A stretch of DNA of 43,937 nucleotides from Planctomycetota bacterium (GTDB taxonomy: Bacteria > Planctomycetota > PUPC01): contig PWKM01000150.1 of assembly GCA_003559755.1 (NCBI GenBank), positions 1 to 43,937 on the forward strand, read 5' to 3'. Position 1 is the stretch's first letter, and each line of letters starts with the position of its first letter. Of the stretch, positions 36,330 through 43,823 are shown piece by piece. A program made the position numbers and the translations under genes. Below the pieces are notes generated by a model that was given only the letters and a program-made list of their open reading frames with translations, had not been told where the DNA came from and did no database searches.

Positions 36330-38012
36330 CTACCTGCGCAGCCGAACCGTTATAACCAGGTCTCCTGTATCCATCCGTCGCGAGATGGGCACTCGGATCG
36401 TGATGTCACGATCGACCAGAGCGTCCTCCTCGGTGATAATCACTGTGCCCGTCGCCTCCTGGAACCGCTCGGTCTGCAATCCGTCCCGGGCCCGCAAGAG
36501 GGCATATCCGAACTTGAATGCTACGTCGCTCATCGATACCGGGCGGGCCCGGTGTCGAGCGAGGTAATACGTCTGCCAATCGCCCACGGGCTCCGGCAGG
36601 AGGGCCCTCATCTGGCGGACACGTCCTTCGACCGGGACCACTCGGTCCAGGTAGAGGGTGAGGGTGTCATCCACTTCCTCGGCGTCGAGCCGGTCAATGT
36701 CAGCGGTTACGTCCTCGGGCCTCTCAGAATGTCCAAGATACCACCGATCTTCCCATCGCGCAACTATCAGCGGAAATTCGCCGTCGCCGTTCTGGATCAA
36801 GTAGGCCTTTCCGTCCACCAGCGGTACGAGGTAGTCTCTGGTCAGGTCGAAGCGGGCAGACTCTTGGAGCACCTGGCTCACCTCTTCGCGGAACTCCTCG
36901 CGAGCCCGGTCGTGTTCGCCCGTCCACTCCTCTGCGGTCTCGGCGTCTCCGTCGGCCTCATCCCCATCCCCTTCAAGCGATCCGTCGATGTCCTGCAACC
37001 GGCTGCTGAGGGCGGCTTCCATCTCCCATTTCAGGTTGCTGAGGATTCGCTGACGCAGTGGCCGATGGTGTTCGACCGAGAACTGCGTGGCGGTCCGAAG
37101 GTCTCGAATCTGGTTCTCGAGCCAGTCAGAGATCATGGCCCGGGTCTCGAACAGGTTCGTCGGGAAGCTGACCGTGTAGATCGCCGGCAGGAACTCGATG
37201 ATGTCGCAGCCCATGACAACCCGGTATTGGGGAGCTTCTTCCTCGATATCGGACCCGCCGTTGATCCGCTCGATCTCGTAGTTGGTCACCTGCAGGAACT
37301 TGGGGCTGTTGTGTATCTTTTCTATGAGGCGGTTCAGGTCGCGATACGACTGCACGGTGAAGGCCAGGTCGAGCCCGATTGTCTGGACCCAGTCGTGGCT
37401 GACCAGCCCGACGGAGGTGGCCACCAACTGCATGCGTGAGAGTTCCAGGATCAGCGGCGCCCGGTCCGGCTCGGGTCGAGCGACATCAATCATCGCCTCG
37501 ACGGCATACTTGAGCAGCCAGTACTCTCTCTGAAGCATCTGGGCCGCCCGGATGCGCTCCTGGTCCGTCTCGTAGGTATCGCGCATCACTCTGAACTGCA
37601 ACACGGGGCGGTCCGGGGTAGGAAGCATTTGGGCGAGGTGGGCAGCGAGATGCGACATCCTTCGTTCATATTCGACTTCCCACACCCGCCGCTGATCGCG
37701 ATGGAACGGGAGCCGGAACTCGTCAAAAGCTCGATCGAACATCCCCGACCGCGCCGCGAACAGCATCAGCAGTTCGCCGTAATGCCGTTCCCACCGGGTC
37801 CTCTCCTCCGCCGCGCTGCGAACCATTTCCGGGTTGGGGATCTCGGCCCGGGCCTCCCATTTGTCAAGTGTCCCAATCGCCCTCTGGCTCTCACGCTCCA
37901 GGGAGACAATCCTCTCGTCCATCCCTCTGTCAACCATCAGATAGCCGACCGAGAGCGCCACCACGACCAGACCCAGGACGATCCAGAAAAGGTTGTTCTT
38001 GATGAATGCCAT
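36330..38012 (-). CDS. Bitopic hypothetical protein in the PilO position (560 aa; possibly PilO/Amuc_1100-like N-terminal half)
   Basis: N-terminal TM (LFWIVLGLVVVALSVGYLMV) and a coiled-coil. Ferredoxin-like segment LDLAFTVQSYRDLNRLIEKIHNSPKFLQVTNYEIER. Its ATG overlaps the pilMN stop as ATGA (38010-38014). Confidence 0.65.
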   Translation of the reverse strand: MAFIKNNLFWIVLGLVVVALSVGYLMVDRGMDERIVSLERESQRAIGTLDKWEARAEIPNPEMVRSAAEERTRWERHYGELLMLFAARSGMFDRAFDEFRLPFHRDQRRVWEVEYERRMSHLAAHLAQMLPTPDRPVLQFRVMRDTYETDQERIRAAQMLQREYWLLKYAVEAMIDVARPEPDRAPLILELSRMQLVATSVGLVSHDWVQTIGLDLAFTVQSYRDLNRLIEKIHNSPKFLQVTNYEIERINGGSDIEEEAPQYRVVMGCDIIEFLPAIYTVSFPTNLFETRAMISDWLENQIRDLRTATQFSVEHHRPLRQRILSNLKWEMEAALSSRLQDIDGSLEGDGDEADGDAETAEEWTGEHDRAREEFREEVSQVLQESARFDLTRDYLVPLVDGKAYLIQNGDGEFPLIVARWEDRWYLGHSERPEDVTADIDRLDAEEVDDTLTLYLDRVVPVEGRVRQMRALLPEPVGDWQTYYLARHRARPVSMSDVAFKFGYALLRARDGLQTERFQEATGTVIITEEDALVDRDITIRVPISRRMDTGDLVITVRLRR

Positions 38013-39667
38013 CAGATGCCGCCTCCCATCTCCGGACCTTCGACTCGATATGTGCAGGTAACCATAAACTCGATGCCCTCGTCACCCATGCCCGGCGAAT
38101 CATAATCGACCGCTGCCAGGCCCTCTTCGCCCTCGAATGTGCCCGAGACGGCCCGGCGAACGCGAGCGGAATCAACCAGGCCGGTGCCCGGGGCGACGCC
38201 CCGAACACTAAAGCGGATGCTGTACCCATCGCGATCCAGCATGGGTTCGGCATGTATCCTCGTCACCAGAATGTCGATGCCGACCCTCTCCGAATCGCCA
38301 AGACGTTCGATCACCCGGTTGAGCACGTTCTGGGCTTGGGGGACCGCACGGAACCCGTGGCTCAGATCGAGCGGCTGATCGAGCCGACGGCGAGCGTCCT
38401 CGGCCTCCCGCGTCGCCCCGTCGAACTCGTCCGAGATGGACTCGAATTGCTCGTCAATCTGAACGACCTGTTCCTGACTGGCGATCTGCTCCTGCAACTG
38501 CTGCCTCTCCACTTGGCGCGAATAGAGGTTGGCCCCGAAGATCAGGGCGAGGCAGGCGATCCCGGCCGCGGCATAGGGCTTCTTGCTGCTGAGGGTCCGC
38601 CGGCGGATCAGCTCCCGGGGCATCAGGTTGACGCTGACCCGGCCCCGACCGACTCCGTCTAGAGCCAGTCCGATGGCCGGCCCCAGCGACGGCAGCATGT
38701 TCCGCAACTGGGTGCCGTCAACGTCGGGGGCGAGTGTGACCCGCTCGAGTGTGTCGGCGGGAACTTCGCTGCAGTCGAGCTGCTGGATGAAATACTCGCG
38801 TACGCCGGGCAGGCGGAACGTGTTGCCGAGGAGCAGGGCGTCCTCGATCCGCACGTTATGAATCTGCGATTTGAAGAACCCGATCGTGCGCTGTATCTGG
38901 CCCACCAGCTCGTTGAGCGTCGGCTGGGCGAGCTTGAACAGGCGGGCGGCCTGGGCCTTGTCCCGGCATTCGCGCTTGAGGCGCTCGGCCTCCTGGGGGT
39001 CGATCTTCAGCCGTTCGGACAGTGCCCGCGTGATCCCGTTGCCCGACACGGTGATGTTTCGCACGCGGAAGTTCTGGGGGTCACAGATGAGCATGTCGGT
39101 GCTGCCTGCGCCGATGTCGATGATGATGGTGCCACGGGCGACGTCCCGGTCGAACGTCAGATAGTTGTACAGGGCGAGCGGGACGGGGAGTATGGCGGCG
39201 GGCTCGAGCTTGCACAGGCGGAGGTTGGCGAGCAGCGAATAGATGAACTGTGACCGGAGCGAAAAGATCGCCACCTCGGTCTCCTCGCCCGGGGCCGTCT
39301 CCTCACGGACCCGCTGATAATCCCAGACGACTTCATCGATGGGGAACGGGATCTGCTGGCGCGCCTCGTACCGGACCACCTCGGGGATGCGCTTCTCGTC
39401 CACGGGCGGGAGCGGGATAAATCGGCTGAAGGCCGGCTCGGGGATGGAGACGACGAGCGGCGTCTTGCCGAAGTTGTTGCGGGCAGCCAGCGTGGTCACC
39501 GCCTCGCGTAGCTGATAATCCTTATCACCGGTATCGTCAGCCGGGGGCTTCCGCTCGACCACGTCGAACGCGACAATTTCGGCGCCGATGCGTGTACGGC
39601 GCATCTTCACCGCCTTGACCGTGCTCTCCCCGATGTCCAAGCCCCAAGCCACGCGTGCTGTCAACAT
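38012..39667 (-). CDS. PilM (actin-like ATPase fold) :: PilN fusion protein
   Basis: WGLDIGESTVKAVKM and IIIDIGAGSTDMLI are actin-fold phosphate motifs. This is followed by SVNLMPRELIRRRTLSSKKPYAAAGIACLALIFGANLY, the PilN signature plus TM, then a coiled-coil and a periplasmic domain. ATG 39667 is the likely start. Confidence 0.8.
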   Translation of the reverse strand: MLTARVAWGLDIGESTVKAVKMRRTRIGAEIVAFDVVERKPPADDTGDKDYQLREAVTTLAARNNFGKTPLVVSIPEPAFSRFIPLPPVDEKRIPEVVRYEARQQIPFPIDEVVWDYQRVREETAPGEETEVAIFSLRSQFIYSLLANLRLCKLEPAAILPVPLALYNYLTFDRDVARGTIIIDIGAGSTDMLICDPQNFRVRNITVSGNGITRALSERLKIDPQEAERLKRECRDKAQAARLFKLAQPTLNELVGQIQRTIGFFKSQIHNVRIEDALLLGNTFRLPGVREYFIQQLDCSEVPADTLERVTLAPDVDGTQLRNMLPSLGPAIGLALDGVGRGRVSVNLMPRELIRRRTLSSKKPYAAAGIACLALIFGANLYSRQVERQQLQEQIASQEQVVQIDEQFESISDEFDGATREAEDARRRLDQPLDLSHGFRAVPQAQNVLNRVIERLGDSERVGIDILVTRIHAEPMLDRDGYSIRFSVRGVAPGTGLVDSARVRRAVSGTFEGEEGLAAVDYDSPGMGDEGIEFMVTCTYRVEGPEMGGGI

Positions 39668-39775
39668 GCCAACAGACCCACCTAAAAACAGGGAGGAGTT
39701 AGTATTACCGGCAGACAAAGAACCGGAACCCAGAACGAACAAACCAGCTTGCAATTCTTTGTAATAAGCTCCCCC

Positions 39776-39803
39776 ATTATAGACAGGGCGGGATGCCAGT
39801 CAA
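39776..39803 (-). promoter_or_regulatory. Near-consensus sigma-70 promoter for the pilMN-secretin operon (TTGACT-N16-TATAAT)
   Basis: The minus strand reads ccTTGACTggcatcccgccctgtcTATAATggggg, about 109 nt upstream of ATG 39667. Confidence 0.5.
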
Positions 39804-40005
39804 GGAAATTCATCCAAGAGTCCCAAGTGATCTCAAACAATTTATTATGCCGGGAACAGGAACTCCTGACAGGAGCGGGCGGAACGAAAGCAGAAAAACC
39901 GACACGTCGCCCGAACTGGCCAACCGCTCATCGGGCCTACAGCGGTCGATCCGCCGACGATTTTGAACCGAACGCAGGCGGCCCTCGCGGCCGCACGGCA
40001 TTCCC

Positions 40006-40035
40006 TTGCAAGCCCCCGCCACCCGACCGTATAAT
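40006..40035 (+). promoter_or_regulatory. Candidate sigma-70 promoter for the oxidoreductase gene (TTGCAA-N18-TATAAT)
   Basis: TTGCAA at 40006-40011 and TATAAT at 40030-40035, 32 nt upstream of ATG 40068. Confidence 0.4.
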
Positions 40036-40067
40036 CCCATCAACTCGCAACAGAAAGGACCGGAACC

Positions 40068-41093
40068 ATGCGCATCGGAATCTGCGGACTGGGAATGATG
40101 GGGCGATCCCATCTGGCTAACGCACTCAAAATCGACGAACTCGAAGTCGCGGCACTGTGCGACATCGACCCGGCGAAGTTCGACCTGTCCCGCATCGTGC
40201 CGGGCAACCTCCCGCTCGAACAGGTCAAATCCTCGCTGGACAACGTCCCCCGCTACGAACAGTACGAACAGATGCTGGACGAGGCCGAACTCGACGCCAT
40301 GATCGTGACCACCCCCAGCGACCTGCACCCCTCGATGGCCACCGCCGCGCTCGAGGCCGGGCTGCACGTGTTCACCGAAAAGCCGATCGCGGTGACCGTC
40401 GAAGGCGGCGAGCGGGTGTACCGGGCGGTCGAGGCGTCGGGCAAGGTGCTGGTCGTCGGGCACGTGGTCCGGTTCATTCCCGCCTACCAGAAGCTGGGCG
40501 AATGGGTCCGGAACCAGACCTGGGGGCCGGTGGTATCCGCCGAGTTCAGCCGATCGTGCGGGCTGCCCGGCTGGGGCGAGCGCGGCTGGTTCACCGACCC
40601 CGCCAGGAGCGGTGGGATGCCCGTCGACCTCCACATCCACGACGCCGATTTCATCCTCCACACGTTCGGCCCGCCCCCGGCCGTGCGCAGCGTCCGGTCA
40701 TTCAACAGCCCGTCGCAGACGGACATCATCGAAACGCTATACATTTATAACGAAATGCCGGTCCGGTCCTGGGGGGGGTGGGTCCATCGGACTTCCGGGT
40801 TCTCGGCTTGGGCGAACATCACCTTCGAGGAAGCGACCGTATCCTACAACACCCGCCAGGGCGACCACATCGCGGTGTACCATCATGACGAGAGCGAAGC
40901 GGTGGAACTGTCCGACGCCGGCGGCTACGAAACCGAGCTGCGCGAGTTCGTACGGTGCGCCCGGGCCGGACACCCCTCGCCGGTCTGCCCGCCCAAGAGC
41001 GCCGTGGACTCGCTGCGGCTGGTCTACGCCGAGATGGAATCCGCGGAGAAAAACACAGAGGTCACGCCGGACATCACGCCGGACTCGGACTGA
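40068..41093 (+). CDS. Gfo/Idh/MocA-family NAD(P)-dependent oxidoreductase
   Basis: MRIGICGLGMMGRSHL Rossmann N-terminus; DAMIVTTPSDLHPSMATAALEAGLHVFTEKPIAV (EKP motif). Confidence 0.88.
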   Translation: MRIGICGLGMMGRSHLANALKIDELEVAALCDIDPAKFDLSRIVPGNLPLEQVKSSLDNVPRYEQYEQMLDEAELDAMIVTTPSDLHPSMATAALEAGLHVFTEKPIAVTVEGGERVYRAVEASGKVLVVGHVVRFIPAYQKLGEWVRNQTWGPVVSAEFSRSCGLPGWGERGWFTDPARSGGMPVDLHIHDADFILHTFGPPPAVRSVRSFNSPSQTDIIETLYIYNEMPVRSWGGWVHRTSGFSAWANITFEEATVSYNTRQGDHIAVYHHDESEAVELSDAGGYETELREFVRCARAGHPSPVCPPKSAVDSLRLVYAEMESAEKNTEVTPDITPDSD

Positions 41094-41144
41094 CGGGAAA
41101 TGGATCGGTGCGACGGCGAGATCAGGCGGAGGTGTGCCTGATTG

Positions 41145-41222
41145 TGGCGAGGCCGACGGGACTCGAACCCGCAACCCCCAGATCGACAGTCTGGTACTCT
41201 GACCAAGTTGAGCTACGGCCCC
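41145..41222 (-). tRNA. tRNA-Asp (anticodon GTC), CCA encoded
   Basis: The minus strand reads GGGGCCGTAGCTCAACTTGGTCAGAGTACCAGACTGTCGATCTGGGGGTTGCGGGTTCGAGTCCCGTCGGCCTCGCCA. It has a 7-bp acceptor stem (one G-U), a D arm GCTC/GAGT, an anticodon stem CCAGA/TCTGG with loop CTGTCGA, a T arm GCGGG-TTCGAGT-CCCGT, discriminator G and CCA. Confidence 0.93.
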
Positions 41223-41236
41223 TCGCTAGTTCGCGA

Positions 41237-41265
41237 AGTATAGCACGTGCCCGGGGGCAAGTCAA
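41237..41265 (-). promoter_or_regulatory. Sigma-70 promoter for tRNA-Asp (TTGACT-N17-TATACT)
   Basis: The minus strand reads TTGACTtgcccccgggcacgtgcTATACT, ending 14 nt upstream of the mature tRNA 5' end. Confidence 0.5.
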
Positions 41266-41418
41266 TTCAACAATCGCCGAAAATTGCGCCAAATTCGTCC
41301 GATTCCGCGCCGGGCGAGCGCCCGCCTCATATCGGCGGCTCGTGCCGGCTTTCCTGTTCCCGAAAGGGCGGGCGTAAGATGGGGGAAAGGGAGAAGCGGA
41401 GAAGCGGGGGAACAAGCC

Positions 41419-41498
41419 CCCATGCGCCCGTGCGCCCATGCGCCCGTGCGCCCATGCGCCCATGCTCCCTTGCGCCCATGCTCCCTTGCGCCCATGCC
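41419..41498. repeat. Tandem repeat, 10 copies of an 8-bp unit CCC(A/G/T)TGC(G/T/C)
   Basis: CCCATGCG CCCGTGCG CCCATGCG CCCGTGCG CCCATGCG CCCATGCT CCCTTGCG CCCATGCT CCCTTGCG CCCATGCC, read directly. A degenerate echo lies at about 41651-41683. Confidence 0.9.
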
Positions 41499-41508
41499 CA
41501 AACCGTTG

Positions 41509-41640
41509 TTTTCAATCACGGGCACGATGCCCTCCCAACAGCCGGCAGGATGCCGGCGGTACGGGTCCGGATTCGGCCATTTCGTGGCACGGCCATCCCT
41601 GGCCGTGATTCAATGGATCACGGGCTGGAAGCCCGTGTCA
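41509..41640. repeat. Cluster of REP-like palindromic elements (three copies of the TTCAATCACGGGC-N4-GCCCGTG family plus one GCCGGCA-GGA-TGCCGGC hairpin)
   Basis: Copy A at 41509-41535 (degenerate). Hairpin at 41541-41557. Copy B at 41583-41613 in reverse orientation (CGTGGCACGGCCATCCCTGGCCGTGATTCAA). Copy C at 41609-41640 (CACGGGC-TGGAA-GCCCGTG). Confidence 0.8.
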
Positions 41641-41766
41641 CCCAAACGCCCCCGCGCTCCCGTGCGCCCGCGCTCCCATGCCTCAAAAAAAGCCCGCCCG
41701 GCGCCGTTCGACACCGAGCGGGAATGCGTCGTTGTCGGAGCTGTGGTGCTCCGTGTACGGGTACGG

Positions 41767-43212
41767 TCAGCTTCTCCGTTTCCGCTTCAGCCCGAGCAGG
41801 GCCATGCCGAGCAGCGACAGGCCGGCCGGCTCGGGGATGGGGACGACCACGGGCTCGGGGGCCAGGACGCCTCCGCTTTGTAGGGTGTACTCCGCCCCGA
41901 GCAGGTAGGCGTTCGGGAACGAATTACCACCCAGAACCAGGGGCCCTTCATCATAATAGAACGGGTCGTAGTAAATGTGCTGACCCTCCGGGGCGTCGAG
42001 CAACCCGTCATCGGGGTTGTCGATATCAAATCCGAGGAGGGCACCTTCGATGTAAGAAACGCCGCTCCCGCTGTCGAGCCACGCGGATTGGAGCAGGTCG
42101 AGGTCGAGTTCGGCGAGGGTGATCGACCCAGACCCGCCGGCGGTGAGGGACAATATGCCTAAAGTACCGTCTGTACGGTCAGTCCGGAGGTCCAGTTGCC
42201 CCCCAATGTCGATCCCGCCGTCGCTGGTGGTGATGTCCACGTTTCCCGCAGACTGCCGAGTAGCAGTACTGGCCGTGTACGTCAGGATGTCCCCGTGAAT
42301 GGTGACCGCCTGATACCCGGCAATGGTGACATCGCCGCCATCTCGCGCGTGGTCATGGGAGTTGTATGTATGAAGGTTATTGGCGGTGAACGTCCCCGAC
42401 GGAGTTGTGTCCCCGTAGGCATTTCCAATGAACTCGATGTTGCCGCCATATCTTCGATAATTATGTCCCCGCGCGATGACGTCACCGGCCATAAACGAAC
42501 CGGCATGGAGGACGAGCACGTCGCCGCCGTCCCCCCCTAACCCACCCAGAGCCCTGGTATTGATATCGCCCGGGATTATGGTTCCATTATCATCAACGCC
42601 GACAGTGACATGGCCGTCGCTGTGGATGGTGAGTGTACCTCCGTCAACATAGCCTCCACCCCCCCGGTCCTCAGTTTGCAAGTCGAACGAACCGACGCGG
42701 ACGTTCCCGGCGCGGTTTCCTGCCGAGCCGATTGTGATGTCGCCGGCTTCGTCCCCTGTCCAGACATGCGAAGAGGTCACGAAAGCTCCGGTGTCGATAT
42801 TTCCGACGTTCTGGATTTCAATGTCGCCGGGGGCTGACCTACGTCCACCATAGCCCACCGAGAACCGCGTTGTGAGACTTACGGCACCGGTCCCGGTGAG
42901 GTTGCCGTCGCCCAGGTCGAGGCGGATATCATCGCCCATATAACCTTGAGTCCCGTCGGGGGTGGCTTCGAGGTAATATGTTCCCAAGTCCAGCCCACGG
43001 CCATCGGGAATCGTATAGAAACCGGCGTTTGGAACCCCCCACACCACGTTCACTGTGCCGTCATCGGGGTCAACGAGAGCCAGATCCGGATAATCTCTCA
43101 GGTCCTGGCTGTAGGGCAGCTCCCACGGGTTCGGGTCCGCCGCCGTTGCGATGCCCGCCAGGCCGAGCACCAGAGCCAATACCAGTGCGCCAGTCATCAT
43201 TCGCTTCAACAT
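41767..43212 (-). CDS. Secreted beta-helical repeat protein with a C-terminal PEP-CTERM sorting signal
   Basis: AGGAG RBS before ATG 43212. Signal peptide MLKRMMTGALVLALVLGLAGIATA. Gly/Asp/Thr-rich repeats (GDITIGSAGN..., GGDVTIAGYQAVTIHGDI..., GNVDITTSDGGIDIGG). C-terminus VPIPEPAGLSLLGMALLGLKRKRRS. Confidence 0.85.
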   Translation of the reverse strand: MLKRMMTGALVLALVLGLAGIATAADPNPWELPYSQDLRDYPDLALVDPDDGTVNVVWGVPNAGFYTIPDGRGLDLGTYYLEATPDGTQGYMGDDIRLDLGDGNLTGTGAVSLTTRFSVGYGGRRSAPGDIEIQNVGNIDTGAFVTSSHVWTGDEAGDITIGSAGNRAGNVRVGSFDLQTEDRGGGGYVDGGTLTIHSDGHVTVGVDDNGTIIPGDINTRALGGLGGDGGDVLVLHAGSFMAGDVIARGHNYRRYGGNIEFIGNAYGDTTPSGTFTANNLHTYNSHDHARDGGDVTIAGYQAVTIHGDILTYTASTATRQSAGNVDITTSDGGIDIGGQLDLRTDRTDGTLGILSLTAGGSGSITLAELDLDLLQSAWLDSGSGVSYIEGALLGFDIDNPDDGLLDAPEGQHIYYDPFYYDEGPLVLGGNSFPNAYLLGAEYTLQSGGVLAPEPVVVPIPEPAGLSLLGMALLGLKRKRRS

Positions 43213-43467
43213 TTTGCGGCTCCTTTCAATCAAAACTTGTTTTCCAGTACGATGCGTCGGTGCGTCTGCGGCTTCGTTTTCATTCCTGTTTCTGATCTCC
43301 TTTCCGCGCCCGCGGGCGCATTTCTCTATCGAGTCACACGAACGGCAAAGCAACGGACTTGATTCATAGGCGTCCTCCTTCGAACCGGTTCCGATTGCTG
43401 TCCACGGTCCATGACCGCTTCCTCTCTGACTGTGGCCCGGCCGGCCTGGCCGCGCCCTCTTTCCTGC

Positions 43468-43498
43468 TTTCAATCACGGGCAAGGTGCCCGTGCCACG
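43468..43498 (+). repeat. REP-like element copy D (TTTCAATCACGGGCAAGGTGCCCGTGCCACG)
   Basis: 7-bp perfect stem CACGGGC/GCCCGTG with a 4-nt loop. Same family as the copies at 41509-41640 and 43697-43767. Confidence 0.8.
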
Positions 43499-43531
43499 TT
43501 TTCTGTTTCCATACGCGGGCGAACCACCCAA

Positions 43532-43675
43532 CCCCTCTCCCTCCTCGAGGGAGAGGATGGGTGAGGGTGCTCACCTTCCATTCACGGCCGCGGCGGCTGG
43601 TCCGCCCGCTCGACCCTCACCCGCCCGCTTCGCGGTTCGCTCGGCGGGCGACCTCTCCCTGCCAGGGAGAGGGGT
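43532..43675. repeat. Inverted pair of GGGAGAGG/GGGTGAGGG-type palindromic elements
   Basis: 43532-43567 reads CCCCTCTCCCT-CCTCG-AGGGAGAGG-ATGGGTGAGGG. 43614-43675 is its inverted counterpart (CCCTCACCC...CCTCTCCCT-GCC-AGGGAGAGG), with an internal CGCCCGC/GCGGGCG hairpin. Confidence 0.7.
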
Positions 43676-43696
43676 CAGAAGCACCACGGCCCCACG

Positions 43697-43767
43697 TTTT
43701 CAATCACGGGCCGGCAGCCCGTGCGGCCTATTCGGTTTTCAATCACGGGCAAGATGCCCGTGCCACG
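43697..43767 (+). repeat. REP-like element copies E and F in tandem
   Basis: E at 43697-43728 reads TTTTCAATCACGGGCCGGCAGCCCGTGCGGCC. F at 43736-43767 reads TTTTCAATCACGGGCAAGATGCCCGTGCCACG. Confidence 0.8.
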
Positions 43768-43823
43768 TCTTCTCCTGTCTGCCGTCCGGCGAGAGCACTG
43801 CCAGTGCTCCCATACCGCCTTTT

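Noticed and set aside
41121-41142. Hairpin ATCAGGC-N8-GCCTGAT between the oxidoreductase stop and the tRNA 3' end, as a bidirectional terminator
   Set aside because: There is no U-tract on either strand and only a 7-bp stem. It is plausible but not supportable from sequence alone.
41419-41640. Possible CRISPR array (repeats near a tRNA)
   Set aside because: The units are 8 bp in direct tandem with no spacers. The REP copies are about 30 nt but irregularly spaced and in mixed orientation, and no cas genes are present.
41094-41766. tRNA-Asp as the integration site of a genomic island carrying the PEP-CTERM gene
   Set aside because: I could find no integrase or recombinase gene and no direct repeat of the tRNA 3' end in the window. 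The flanking repeats are REP-like hairpins rather than att sites.
41247-42122. ORFs reading through the tandem and REP repeats (41247-42122 +, 41262-41525 -, 41122-41463 -, 43675-43899 -)
   Set aside because: Their translations are just repeat-derived low-complexity strings (HAPVRPCARAPMRPC, MGAWAHGRMGARAHG, PVIEN...). They overlap the tRNA, its promoter or the PEP-CTERM gene, and they have no RBS.
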